Below are positions 45,349 to 58,500 of a stretch of 64,000 bases of DNA, one piece after another (positions within the stretch are counted from its first letter, which is position 1; each line of letters begins with the position of its first letter). Source of the stretch: Eledone cirrhosa. Taxonomy: Eukaryota. Location of the stretch: positions 46,562,001 through 46,626,000 of the forward strand of contig OZ024740.1 of the NCBI GenBank assembly GCA_964016885.1. The letters run 5' to 3'. The notes under the pieces are model-generated. The model searched no databases. It was not told the DNA's origin and saw only the letters and a list, made by a program, of their open reading frames with translations. Position numbers and translations under genes: made by a program.

Positions 45349-46290
45349 CTAGGACAGCATTCTTCACCATATGAGATGTCATCTGGTGTACCACAGGGAT
45401 CTGTTCTTGGTCCTCTTTTGTTTGTGGCATATATTAATGACATAGATGCCAACTTACAGAATGCCACGGTACTAAAATATGCAGATGACATCAAGCTGTA
45501 CCTTGAAATCAAAAGGACTGATCCTGAAATTTACAACTCTTTCCTACAATCAGACCTGGACACAATGCAGCAATGGATCACAGACTGGCAACTGAAGCTG
45601 GCTGTGGACAAGTGTACCACCATGCATTTTGGAAGGAAAAATCCAGCGTCCACATACTCCCTCCACAACACTGACATCAAAAAGTCCTCTTGTGAACGTG
45701 ACCTGGGCATTACTGTCAGCAACGATTTGCGTTGGACAAAGCATGTCTCTAAGATTGTCAAGAAGGCCGAGGGTGTCTTGGCATCACTCAGCAAGACCTT
45801 TGTTAGCCGCTCTCCAGCCATCTATTTAAAACTGTATACAGCTATGGTGCGACCACACTTGGAATTCGCATCATCAGTCTGTAACCCCTATCTTGCTCGG
45901 AACATTGACCTCCTGGAAACTGTTCAGAGACGTGCAACCAAGCGCATACCCTCCATCAGACACCTACCATACTCTGAACGCCTTGCTTCCCTGGGCATGG
46001 ATTCATTGAAGCTCCGACGTCTGGCAGTGGACTTGGTGAATACCCACAAAGTTTTTAACCATCTCGCCAACTGCAACCCTGAGCGCCTCTTTGATCTCCA
46101 TGTATCTAACACACGTGGACATGCCTACAAGATAAGAAAACAGCACAGCTCCCATGACTTTCGCAGACATTTTTTCACGCTCAGAGTTGCTGAAACATGG
46201 AACAAACTGCCTGCGTCAATTGTTAGCTGCCGAGACACTGCATCCTTTAAGACACTCATGCTTCCCGAAATACGCCAAAACTACACCTGA
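45349..46290 (+). pseudogene. ORF2 fragment: C-terminal part of reverse transcriptase plus CR1-type C-terminal domain (endonuclease and N-terminal RT missing)
   Basis: The translation has SGVPQGSVLGPLLF..YIND, YADD, KC..MHFG, ERDLGI, LY..MVRPHLE, LE.VQRRATK, Y.ERL..L, TRGH..K and FF..RV...WN.LP, typical of CR1/L3 ORF2. The frame is open from the 5' junction (cta gga cag cat tct tca cca tat gag ATG = LGQHSSPYEM), so the ATG at 45376 is an internal Met, not the native start. Confidence 0.92.
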
Positions 46291-46323
46291 TGTGCCCCTT
46301 CCATACACATGCACACATGTGTG

Positions 46324-46440
46324 CACTGTTCATTTTACTGATGTTTGTGCATTGCCCTATGTACTGTACATGCACTTTTTTGATGGGTTGTGGTGCACCT
46401 GGGCACTGTGCACAATATTTCATTATTGTTATTGTTATTA
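46324..46440 (+). repeat. LINE 3' terminal module, copy 1 (stem-loop + degenerate ATT/GTT tail)
   Basis: cactgttcattttactgatg...tgtggtgcacctgggcactgtgcacaatatttcattattgttattgttatta aligns by eye to 46455-46570 at about 83-85% identity. Confidence 0.9.
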
Positions 46441-46454
46441 TATCATGACTCATA

Positions 46455-46570
46455 CACTGTTTATTTTCCTGACATTTGTACATTATTCTATGTACTATAC
46501 ATGCACCTTTGATGAGTTGTAGTGCACCTGAGCACTGTACACAATAATTTCATTATTATTATCATTATTA
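46455..46570 (+). repeat. LINE 3' terminal module, copy 2 (stem-loop + (ATT)n tail; actual element end)
   Basis: cactgtttattttcctgaca...tgtagtgcacctgagcactgtacacaataatttcattattattatcattatta; the last 'ta' overlaps the resuming satellite 'tatagtcac'. Confidence 0.9.
46518..46539 (+). promoter_or_regulatory. Putative RT-recognition stem-loop at LINE 3' end
   Basis: tgtagtgc-acctga-gcactgta can form an 8-bp stem (two G-U pairs) with a 6-nt loop just upstream of the ATT tail. The equivalent in copy 1 is at 46389-46410. Function is inferred from the 3' stem-loops of stringent-type CR1/L2 LINEs. Confidence 0.55.
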
Positions 46571-49500
46571 TAGTCACAACCCAGCCTAACAGAATTACAA
46601 TGTAACCTCTACTATAGCCACAACCTAGCCTAACAGAATTACAATGTAACCTCTACTATAGCCACAACCTAGCCTAACAGAATTACAATGTAACCTCTAC
46701 TATAGTCACAACCTAGCCTAACAGAATTACAATGTAACCTCTACTATAGCCACAACCTAGCCTAACAGAATTACAATGTAACCTCTACTATAGCCACAAC
46801 ACAGCCTAACAGAATTACAATGTAACCTCTACTATAGCCACAACCCAGCCTAACAGAATTACAATGTAACCTCTACTATAGCCACAACCCAGCCTAACAG
46901 AATTACAATGTAACCTCTACTATAGCCACAACCCAGTCTAACAGAATTACAATGTAACCTCTACTATAGCCACAACCCAGCCTAACAGAATTACAATGTA
47001 ACCTCTACTATAGCCACAACCCAGCCTAACAGAATTACAATGTAACCCCTACTATAGCCACAACCCAGTCTAACAGAATTACAATGTAACCTCTACTATA
47101 GCCACAACCCAGTCTAACAGAATTACAATGTAACCTCTACTATAGCCACAACCCAACCTAACAGCAGAATTACAATGTAACCTCTACTATAGCCACAACC
47201 CAGCCTAACAGAATTACAATGTAACCTCTACTATAGCCACAACCCAGTCTAACAGAATTAAAATGTAACCTCTACTATAGCCACAACCCAGTCTAACAGA
47301 ATTACAATGTAACCTCTACTATAGCCACAACCCAGTCTAACAGAATTACAATGTAACCTCTACTATAGCCACAACCCAGTCTAACAGAATTACAATGTAA
47401 CCTCTACTATAGCCACAACCCAGTCTAACAGAATTACAATGTAACCTCTACTATAGCCACAACCCAGCCTAACAGAATTACAATGTAACCTCTACTATAG
47501 CCACAACCCAGTCTAACAGAATTACAATGTAACCTCTACTATAGACACAACCCAGTCTAACAGAATTACAATGTAACCTCTACTATAGCCACAACCCAGT
47601 CTAACAGAATTACAATGTAACCTCTACTATAGCCACAACCCAACCTAACAGCAGAATTACAATGTAACCTCTACTATAGCCACAACCCAGTCTAACAGAA
47701 TTACAATGTAACCTCTACTATAGCCACAACCCAGTCTAACAGAATTACAATGTAACCTCTACTATAGCCACAACCCAACCTAACAGCAGAATTACAATGT
47801 AACCTCTACTATAGCCACAACCCAGCCTAACAGAATTACAATGTAACCTCTACTATAGCCACAACCCAGTCTAACAGAATTACAATGTAACCTCTAATAT
47901 AGCCACAACCCAGTCTAACAGAATTACAATGTAACCTCTACTATAGCCACAACCTAGCCTAACAGAATTACAATGTAACCTCTACTATAGCCACAACCCA
48001 GTCTAACAGAATTACAATGTAACCTTTACTATAGCCACAACCCAGCCTAACAGAATTACAATGTAACCTCTATTATAGTCACAACCCAGCGTAACAGAAT
48101 TACAATGTAACCTCTACTATAGCCACAACCCAGTCTAACAGAATTACAATGTAACCTCTACTATAGCCACAACCCAGCCTAACAGAATTACAATGTAACC
48201 TCTACTATAGCCACAACCCAGCCTAACAGAATTACAATGTAACCTCTACTATAGCCACAACCCAGTCTATCAGAATTACAATGTAACCTCTACTATAGCC
48301 ACAACCCAGCCTAACAGAATTACAATGTAACCTCTACTATAGCCACAACCTAGCCTAACAGAATTACAATGTAACCTCTACTATAGCCACAACCCAGTCT
48401 AACATAATTACAATGTAATCTCTACTATAGCCACAACCTAGCCTAACAGAATTACAATGTAACCTCTACTATAGCCACAACCCAGTCTAGCAGAATTACA
48501 ATGTAACCTCTACTATAGCCACAACCTAGTCTAACAGAATTACAATGTAACCTCTACTATAGTCACAACCCATGTGTAACAGAATTACAATGTAACCTCT
48601 ACTATAGCCACAAACCAGTCTATCAGAATTACAATGTAACCTCTACTATAGCCACAACCCAGCCTAACAGAATTACAATGTAACCTCTACTATAGCCACA
48701 ACCTAGCCTAACAGAATTACAATGTAACCTCTACTATAGCCACAACCCAGCCTAACAGAATTACAATGTAACCTCTACTATAGCCACAACCCAGTCTATC
48801 AGAACTACAATGTAACCTCTACTATAGCCACAACCCAGTATAGCAGAATTACAATGTAACCTCTACTATAGCCACAACCCAGTCTAACAGAATTACAATG
48901 TAACCTCTACTATAGCCACAACCCAGCCTAACAGAATTACAATGTAACCTCTACTATAGTCACAACCCAGCCTAACAGAATTACAATGTAACCTCTACTA
49001 TAGCGACAACCCAGTCTAGCAGAATTACAATGTAACCTCTACTATAGCCACAACCTAGTCTAACAGAATTACAATGTAAACTCTACTATAGCCACAACCT
49101 AGCCTAACAGAATTACAATGTTTAACTCTACTATAGTCACAACCCACTCTAACAGAATTACAATGTAACCTCTACTATAGTCACAACCCAGCCTAACAGA
49201 ATTACAATGTAACCTCTACTATAGCCACAACCTAGCCTAACAGAATTACAATGTAACCTCTACTATAGCCACAACCTAGCCTAACAGAATAACAATGTAA
49301 CCTCTACTATAGCCACAACCTAGCCTAACAGAATGACAATGTAACCTCTACTATAGCCACAACCTAGCCTAACAGAATTACAATGTAACCTCTACTATAG
49401 CCACAACCTAGCCTAACAGAATTACAATGTAACCTCTACTATAGCCACAACCTAGCCTAACAGAATTACAATGTAACCTCTACTATAGCCACAACCTAGC

Positions 49501-52500
49501 CTAACAGAATTACAATGTAACCTCTACTATAGCCACAACCTAGCCTAACAGAATTACAATGTAAACTCTACTATAGTCACAACCCAGTCTAACAGAATTA
49601 CAATGTAACCTCTACTATAGTCACAACCCAGACTAACAGAATTACAATGTAACCTCTACTATAGCCACAACCTAGCCTAACAGAATTACAATGTAACCTC
49701 TACTATAGCCACAACCTAGCCTAACAGAATTACAATGTAACCTCTACTATAGTCACAACCTAGCCTAACAGAATTACAATGTAACCTCTACTATAGCCAC
49801 AACCTAGACTAACAGAATTACAATGTAACCTCTACTATAGCCACAACACAGCCTAACAGAATTACAATGTAACCTCTACTATAGCCACAACCCAGCCTAA
49901 CAGAATTACAATGTAACCTCTACTATAGCCACAACCCAGCCTAACAGAATTACAATGTAACCTCTACTATAGCCACAACCCAGTCTAACAGAATTACAAT
50001 GTAACCTCTACTATAGCCACAACCCAGTCTAACAGAATTACAATGTAACCTCTACTATAGCCACAACCCAGTCTAACAGAATTACAATGTAACCTCTACT
50101 ATAGCCACAACCCAGTCTAACAGAATTACAATGTAACCTCTACTATAGCCACAACCCAGTCTAACAGAATTACAATGTAACCTCTACTATACCCACAACC
50201 CAGCCTAACAGAATTACAATGTAACCTCTACTATAGCCACAACCCAGTCTAACAGAATTACAATGTAACCTCTACTATAGCCACAACCCAGTCTAACAGA
50301 ATTACAATGTAACCTCTACTATAGCCACAACCCAGTCTAACAGAATTACAATGTAACCTCTACTATAGCCACAACCCAACCTAACAGCAGAATTACAATG
50401 TAACCTCTACTATAGCCACAACCCAGTCTAACAGAATTACAATGTAACCTCTACTATAGCCACAACCCAGTCTAACAGAATTACAATGTAACCTCTACTA
50501 TAGCCACAACCCAACCTAACAGCAGAATTACAATGTAACCTCTACTATAGCCACAACCCAGCCTAACAGAATTACAATGTAACCTCTACTATAGCCACAA
50601 CCCAGTCTAACAGAATTACAATGTAACCTCTACTATAGCCACAACCCAGCCTAACAGAATTACAATGTAACCTCTACTATAGCCACAACCCAGCCTAACA
50701 GAATTACAATGTAACCTCTACTATAGCCACAACTCAGTCTAACAGAATTACAATGTAACCTCTACTATAGCCACAACCCAGTCTAACAGAATTACAATGT
50801 AACCTCTACTATAGCCACAACCCAGTCTAACAGAATTACAATGTAACCTCTACTATAGCCACAACCCAGTCTAACAGAATTACAATGTAACCTCTACTAT
50901 AGCCACAACCCAACCTAACAGCAGAATTACAATGTAACCTCTACTATAGCCACAACCCAGCCTAACAGAATTACAATGTAACCTCTACTATAGCCACAAC
51001 CCAGTCTAACAGAATTACAATGTAACCTCTACTATAGCCACAACCCAGTCTAACAGAATTACAATGTAACCTCTACTATAGCCACAACCCAGTCTAACAG
51101 AATTACAATGTAACCTCTACTATAGCCACAACCCAGTCTAACAGAATTACAATGTAACCTCTACTATAGCCACAACCCAGTCTAACAGAATTACAATGTA
51201 ACCTCTACTATAGCCACAACCCAGCCTAACAGAATTACAATGTAACCTCTACTATAGCCACAACCCAGTCTAACAGAATTACAATGTAACCTCTACTATA
51301 GCCACAACCCAGTCTAACAGAATTACAATGTAACCTCTACTATAGCCACAACCCAGTCTAACAGAATTACAATGTAACCTCTACTATAGCCACAACCCAG
51401 TCTAACAGAATTACAATGTAACCTCTACTATAGCCACAACCCAACCTAACAGCAGAATTACAATGTAACCTCTACTATAGCCACAACCCAGCCTAACAGA
51501 ATTACAATGTAACCTCTACTATAGCCACAACCCAGTCTAACAGAATTACAATGTAACCTCTACTATAGCCACAACCCAGTCTAACAGAATTACAATGTAA
51601 CCTCTACTATAGCCACAACCCAGTCTAACAGAATTACAATGTAACCTCTACTATAGCCACAACCCAGTCTAACAGAATTACAATGTAACCTCTACTATAG
51701 CCACAACCCAGTCTAACAGAATTACAATGTAACCTCTACTATAGCCACAACCCAGCCTAACAGAATTACAATGTAACCTCTACTATAGCCACAACCCAGT
51801 CTAACAGAATTACAATGTAACCTCTACTATAGCCACAATCCAGTCTAACAGAATTACAATGTAACCTCTACTATAGCCACAACCCAGTCTAACAGAATTA
51901 CAATGTAACCTCTACTATAGCCACAACCCAACCTAACAGCAGAATTACAATGTAACCTCTACTATAGCCACAACCCAGTCTAACAGAATTACAATGTAAC
52001 CTCTACTATAGCCACAACCCAGTCTAACAGAATTACAATGTAACCTCTACTATAGCCACAACCCAACCTAACAGCAGAATTATAATGTAACCTCTACTAT
52101 AGCCACAACCCAGCCTAACAGAATTACAATGTAACCTCTACTATAGCCACAACCCAGTCTAACAGAATTACAATGTAACCTCTACTATAGCCACAACCCA
52201 GTCTAACAGAATTACAATGTAACCTCTACTACAGCCACAACCCAGTCTAACAGAATTACAATGTAACCTCTACTATAGCCACAACCCAGTCTAACAGAAT
52301 TACAATGTAACCTCTACTATAGCCACAACCCAACCTAACAGCAGAATTACAATGTAACCTCTACTATAGCCACAACCCAGCCTAACAGAATTACAATGTA
52401 ACCTCTACTATAGCCACAACCCAGTCTAACAGAATTACAATGTAACCTCTACTATAGCCACAACCCAGTCTAACAGAATTACAATGTAACCTCTACTATA

Positions 52501-55500
52501 GCCACAACCCAGTCTAACAGAATTACAACTATAGCCACAACCCAGCCTAACAGAATTACAATGTAACCTCTACTATAGCCACAACCCAGTCTATCAGAAT
52601 TACAATGTAACCTCTACTATAGCCACAACCCAGTATAGCAGAATTACAATGTAACCTCTACTATAGCCACAACCCAGTCTAACAGAATTACAATGTAACC
52701 TCTACTATAGCCACAACCCAGCCTAACAGAATTACAATGTAACCTCTACTATAGTCACAACCCAGCCTAACAGAATTACAATGTAACCTCTACTATAGCC
52801 ACAACCCAGTCTAGCAGAATTACAATGTAACCTCTACTATAGCCACAACCTAGTCTAACAGAATTACAATGTAAACTCTACTATAGCCACAACCTAGCCT
52901 AACAGAATTACAATGTTTAACTCTACTATAGTCACAACCCAGTCTAACAGAATTACAATGTAACCTCTACTATAGTCACAACCCAGCCTAACAGAATTAC
53001 AATGTAACCTCTACTATAGCCACAACCTAGCCTAACAGAATTACAATGTAACCTCTACTATAGCCACAACCTAGCCTAACAGAATTACAATGTAACCTCT
53101 ACTATAGCCACAACCTAGCCTAACAGAATTACAATGTAACCTCTACTATAGCCACAACCTAGCCTAACAGAATTACAATGTAACCTCTACTATGGCCACA
53201 ACCTAGCCTAACAGAATTACAATGTAACCTCTACTATAGCCACAACCTAGCCTAACAGAATTACAATGTAACCTCTACTATAGCCACAACCTAGCCTAAC
53301 AGAATTACAATGTAACCTCTACTATAGCCACAACCTAGCCTAACAGAATTACAATGTAAACTCTACTATAGTCACAACCCAGTCTAACAGAATTACAATG
53401 TAACCTCTACTATAGTCACAACCCAGCCTAACAGAATTACAATGTAACCTCTACTATAGCCACAACCTAGCCTAACAGAATTACAATGTAACCTCTACTA
53501 TAGCCACAACCTAGCCTAACAGAATTACAATGTAACCTCTACTATAGCCACAACCTAGCCTAACAGAATTACAATGTAACCTCTACTATAGCCACAACCT
53601 AGCCTAACAGAATTACAATGTAACCTCTACTATAGCCACAACCTAGCCTAACAGAATTACAATGTAACCTCTACTATAGCCACAACCTAGCCTAACAGAA
53701 TTACAATGTAACCTCTACTATAGCCACAACCTAGCCTAACAGAATTACAATGTAACCTCTACTATAGCCACAACCTAGCCTAACAGAATTACAATGTAAC
53801 CTCTACTATAGCCACAACCTAGCCTAACAGAATTACAATGTAAACTCTACTATAGTCACAACCCAGTCTAACAGAATTACAATGTAACCTCTACTATAGT
53901 CACAACCCAGCCTAACAGAATTACAATGTAACCTCTACTATAGCCACAACCTAGCCTAACAGAATTACAATGTAACCTCTACTATAGCCACAACCTAGCC
54001 TAACAGAATTACAATGTAACCTCTACTATAGCCACAACCTAGCCTAACAGAATTACAATGTAACCTCTACTATAGCCACAACCTAGCCTAACAGAATTAC
54101 AATGTAAACTCTACTATAGTCACAACCCAGTCTAACAGAATTACAATGTAACCTCTACTATAGTCACAACCCAGCCTAACAGAATTACAATGTAACCTCT
54201 ACTATAGCCACAACCTAGCCTAACAGAATTACAATGTAACCTCTACTATAGCCACAACCTAGCCTAACAGAATTACAATGTAACCTCTACTATAGCCACA
54301 ACCTAGCCTAACAGAATTACAATGTAACCTCTACTATAGCCACAACCTAGCCTAACAGAATTACAATGTAACCTCTACTATAGCCACAACCTAGCCTAAC
54401 AGAATTACAATGTAACCTCTACTATAGCCACAACCTAGCCTAACAGAATTACAATGTAACCTCTACTATAGCCACAACCTAGCCTAACAGAATTACAATG
54501 TAACCTCTACTATAGCCACAACCTAGCCTAACAGAATTACAATGTAACCTCTACTATAGCCACAACCTAGCCTAACAGAATTACAATGTAACCTCTACTA
54601 TAGCCACAACCTAGCCTAACAGAATTACAATGTAACCTCTACTATAGTCACAACCTAGCCTAACAGAATTACAATGTAACCTCTACTATAGCCACAACCT
54701 AGACTAACAGAATTACAATGTAACCTCTACTATAGCCACAACACAGCCTAACAGAATTACAATGTAACCTCTACTATAGCCACAACCCAGCCTAACAGAA
54801 TTACAATGTAACCTCTACTATAGCCACAACCCAGCCTAACAGAATTACAATGTAACCTCTACTATAGCCACAACCCAGTCTAACAGAATTACAATGTAAC
54901 CTCTACTATAGCCACAACCCAGTCTAACAGAATTACAATGTAACCTCTACTATAGCCACAACCCAGTCTAACAGAATTACAATGTAACCTCTACTATAGC
55001 CACAACCCAGTCTAACAGAATTACAATGTAACCTCTACTATAGCCACAACCCAGTCTAACAGAATTACAATGTAACCTCTACTATACCCACAACCCAGCC
55101 TAACAGAATTACAATGTAACCTCTACTATAGCCACAACCCAGTCTAACAGAATTACAATGTAACCTCTACTATAGCCACAACCCAGTCTAACAGAATTAC
55201 AATGTAACCTCTACTATAGCCACAACCCAGTCTAACAGAATTACAATGTAACCTCTACTATAGCCACAACCCAACCTAACAGCAGAATTACAATGTAACC
55301 TCTACTATAGCCACAACCCAGTCTAACAGAATTACAATGTAACCTCTACTATAGCCACAACCCAGTCTAACAGAATTACAATGTAACCTCTACTATAGCC
55401 ACAACCCAACCTAACAGCAGAATTACAATGTAACCTCTACTATAGCCACAACCCAGCCTAACAGAATTACAATGTAACCTCTACTATAGCCACAACCCAG

Positions 55501-58500
55501 TCTAACAGAATTACAATGTAACCTCTACTATAGCCACAACCCAGCCTAACAGAATTACAATGTAACCTCTACTATAGCCACAACCCAGCCTAACAGAATT
55601 ACAATGTAACCTCTACTATAGCCACAACTCAGTCTAACAGAATTACAATGTAACCTCTACTATAGCCACAACCCAGTCTAACAGAATTACAATGTAACCT
55701 CTACTATAGCCACAACCCAGTCTAACAGAATTACAATGTAAGCTCTACTATAGCCACAACCCAGTCTAACAGAATTACAATGTAACCTCTACTATAGCCA
55801 CAACCCAACCTAACAGCAGAATTACAATGTAACCTCTACTATAGCCACAACCCAGCCTAACAGAATTACAATGTAACCTCTACTATAGCCACAACCCAGT
55901 CTAACAGAATTACAATGTAACCTCTACTATAGCCACAACCCAGTCTAACAGAATTACAATGTAACCTCTACTATAGCCACAACCCAGTCTAACAGAATTA
56001 CAATGTAACCTCTACTATAGCCACAACCCAGTCTAACAGAATTACAATGTAACCTCTACTATAGCCACAACCCAGTCTAACAGAATTACAATGTAACCTC
56101 TACTATAGCCACAACCCAGCCTAACAGAATTACAATGTAACCTCTACTATAGCCACAACCCAGTCTAACAGAATTACAATGTAACCTCTACTATAGCAAC
56201 AACCCAGTCTAACAGAATTACAATGTAACCTCTACTATAGCCACAACCCAGTCTAACAGAATTACAATGTAACCTCTACTATAGCCACAACCCAGTCTAA
56301 CAGAATTACAATTTAACCTCTACTATAGCCACAACCCAGCCTAACAGAATTACAATGTAACCTCTACTATAGCCACAACCTAGCCTAACAGAATTACAAT
56401 GTAACCTCTACTATAGTCACAACCCAGTCTAACAGAATTACAATGTAACCTCTACTATAGTCACAACCCAGCCTAACAGAATTACAATGTAACCTCTACT
56501 ATAGCCACAACCCAGTCTAACAGAATTACAATGTAACCTCTACTATAGCCACAACCCAGTCTAACAGAATTACAATGTAACCTCTACTATAGCCACAACC
56601 CAGTCTAACAGAATTACAATGTAACATCTACTATAGCCACAGCCCAGCCTAACAGAATTACAATGTAACCTCTACTATAGCCACAACCTAGCCTAACAGA
56701 ATTACAATGTAACCTCTACTATAGCCACAACCCAGTCTAACAGAATTACAATGTAACCTTTACTATAGCCACAACCCAGCCTAACAGAATTACAATGTAA
56801 CCTCTACTATAGTCACAACCCAGTCTAACAGAATTACAATGTAACCTCTACTATAGCCACAACCCAGCCTAACAGAATTACAATGTAACCTCTACTATAG
56901 CCACAACCCAGCCTAACAGAATTACAATGTAACCTCTACTATAGCCACAACCCAGTCTATCAGAATTACAATGTAACCTCTACTATAGCCACAACCCAGC
57001 CTAACAGAATTACAATGTAACCTCTACTATAGCCACAACCTAGCCTAACAGAATTACAATGTAACCTCTACTATAGCCACAACCCAGTCTAACATAATTA
57101 CAATGTAACCTCTACTATAGCCACAACCTAGCCTAACAGAATTACAATGTAACCTCTACTATAGCCACAACCCAGTCTAGCAGAATTACAATGTAACCTC
57201 TACTATAGGCACAACCTAGTCTAACAGAATTACAATGTAACCTCTACTATAGTCACAACCCATGTGTAACAGAATTACAATGTAACCTCTACTATAGCCA
57301 CAAACCAGTCTATCAGAATTACAATGTAACCTCTACTATAGCCACAACCCAGCCTAACAGAATTACAATGTAACCTCTACTATAGCTACAACCTAGCCTA
57401 ACAGAATTACAATGTAACCTCTACTATAGCCACAACCCAGCCTAACAGAATTACAATGTAACCTCTACTATAGCCACAACCCAGTCTATCAGAATTACAA
57501 TGTAACCTCTACTATAGCCACAACCCAGTATAGCAGAATTACAATGTAACCTCTACTATAGCCACAACCCAGTCTAACAGAATTACAATGTAACCTCTAC
57601 TATAGCCACAACCCAGCCTAACAGAATTACAATGTAACCTCTACTATAGTCACAACCCAGCCTAACAGAATTACAATGTAACCTCTACTATAGCCACAAC
57701 CCAGTCTAGCAGAATTACAATGTAACCTCTACTATAGCCACAACCTAGTCTAACAGAATTACAATGTAAACTCTACTATAGCCACAACCTAGCCTAACAG
57801 AATTACAATGTTTAACTCTACTATAGTCACAACCCAGTCTAACAGAATTACAATGTAACCTCTACTATAGTCACAACCCAGCCTAACAGAATTACAATGT
57901 AACCTCTACTATAGCCACAACCTAGCCTAACAGAATTACAATGTAACCTCTACTATAGCCACAACCTAGCCTAACAGAATTACAATGTAACCTCTACTAT
58001 AGCCACAACCTAGCCTAACAGAATTACAATGTAACCTCTACTATAGCCACAACCTAGCCTAACAGAATTACAATGTAACCTCTACTATGGCCACAACCTA
58101 GCCTAACAGAATTACAATGTAACCTCTACTATAGCCACAACCTAGCCTAACAGAATTACAATGTAACCTCTACTATAGCCACAACCTAGCCTAACAGAAT
58201 TACAATGTAACCTCTACTATAGCCACAACCTAGCCTAACAGAATTACAATGTAAACTCTACTATAGTCACAACCCAGTCTAACAGAATTACAATGTAACC
58301 TCTACTATAGTCACAACCCAGCCTAACAGAATTACAATGTAACCTCTACTATAGCCACAACCTAGCCTAACAGAATTACAATGTAACCTCTACTATAGCC
58401 ACAACCTAGCCTAACAGAATTACAATGTAACCTCTACTATAGCCACAACCTAGCCTAACAGAATTACAATGTAACCTCTACTATAGCCACAACCTAGCCT

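Larger units (their letters stand above)
45348..46568 (+). mobile_element. 5'-truncated non-LTR retrotransposon (LINE), CR1 clade, ~1.22 kb, inserted in a satellite monomer
   Basis: This is the only non-satellite sequence in the window. It contains the RT 3' half, a stop at 46290, a ~280-bp 3' UTR and a short-repeat tail (cattattattatcattatta) abutting satellite. There are no LTRs, no poly(A) and no TSD. Boundaries are ambiguous by 2-4 bp because of microhomology. Confidence 0.93.

Noticed and set aside
45531-46112. Short ORFs 45531-45821(-), 45550-45744(-), 45629-45829(+) and 45924-46112(-)
   Set aside because: These are shadow frames overlapping the RT coding region, with no recognisable motifs.
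45376-46290. Complete functional 304-aa gene or telomerase-like RT that synthesises the satellite
   Set aside because: The ATG is internal to the RT domain, the N-terminal RT motifs and endonuclease are missing, and the insert has no satellite-template sequence.
46154-46522. ORFs 46154-46522(+) and 46256-46483(-)
   Set aside because: They run through the low-complexity duplicated 3' UTR; the Y/C/F/H-rich composition reflects TG/TA-rich DNA.
46324-46570. LTRs or Penelope-like pseudo-LTRs
   Set aside because: Both repeats lie 3' of the ORF, end in ATT tails and lack a PBS/PPT context; the RT is CR1-like.
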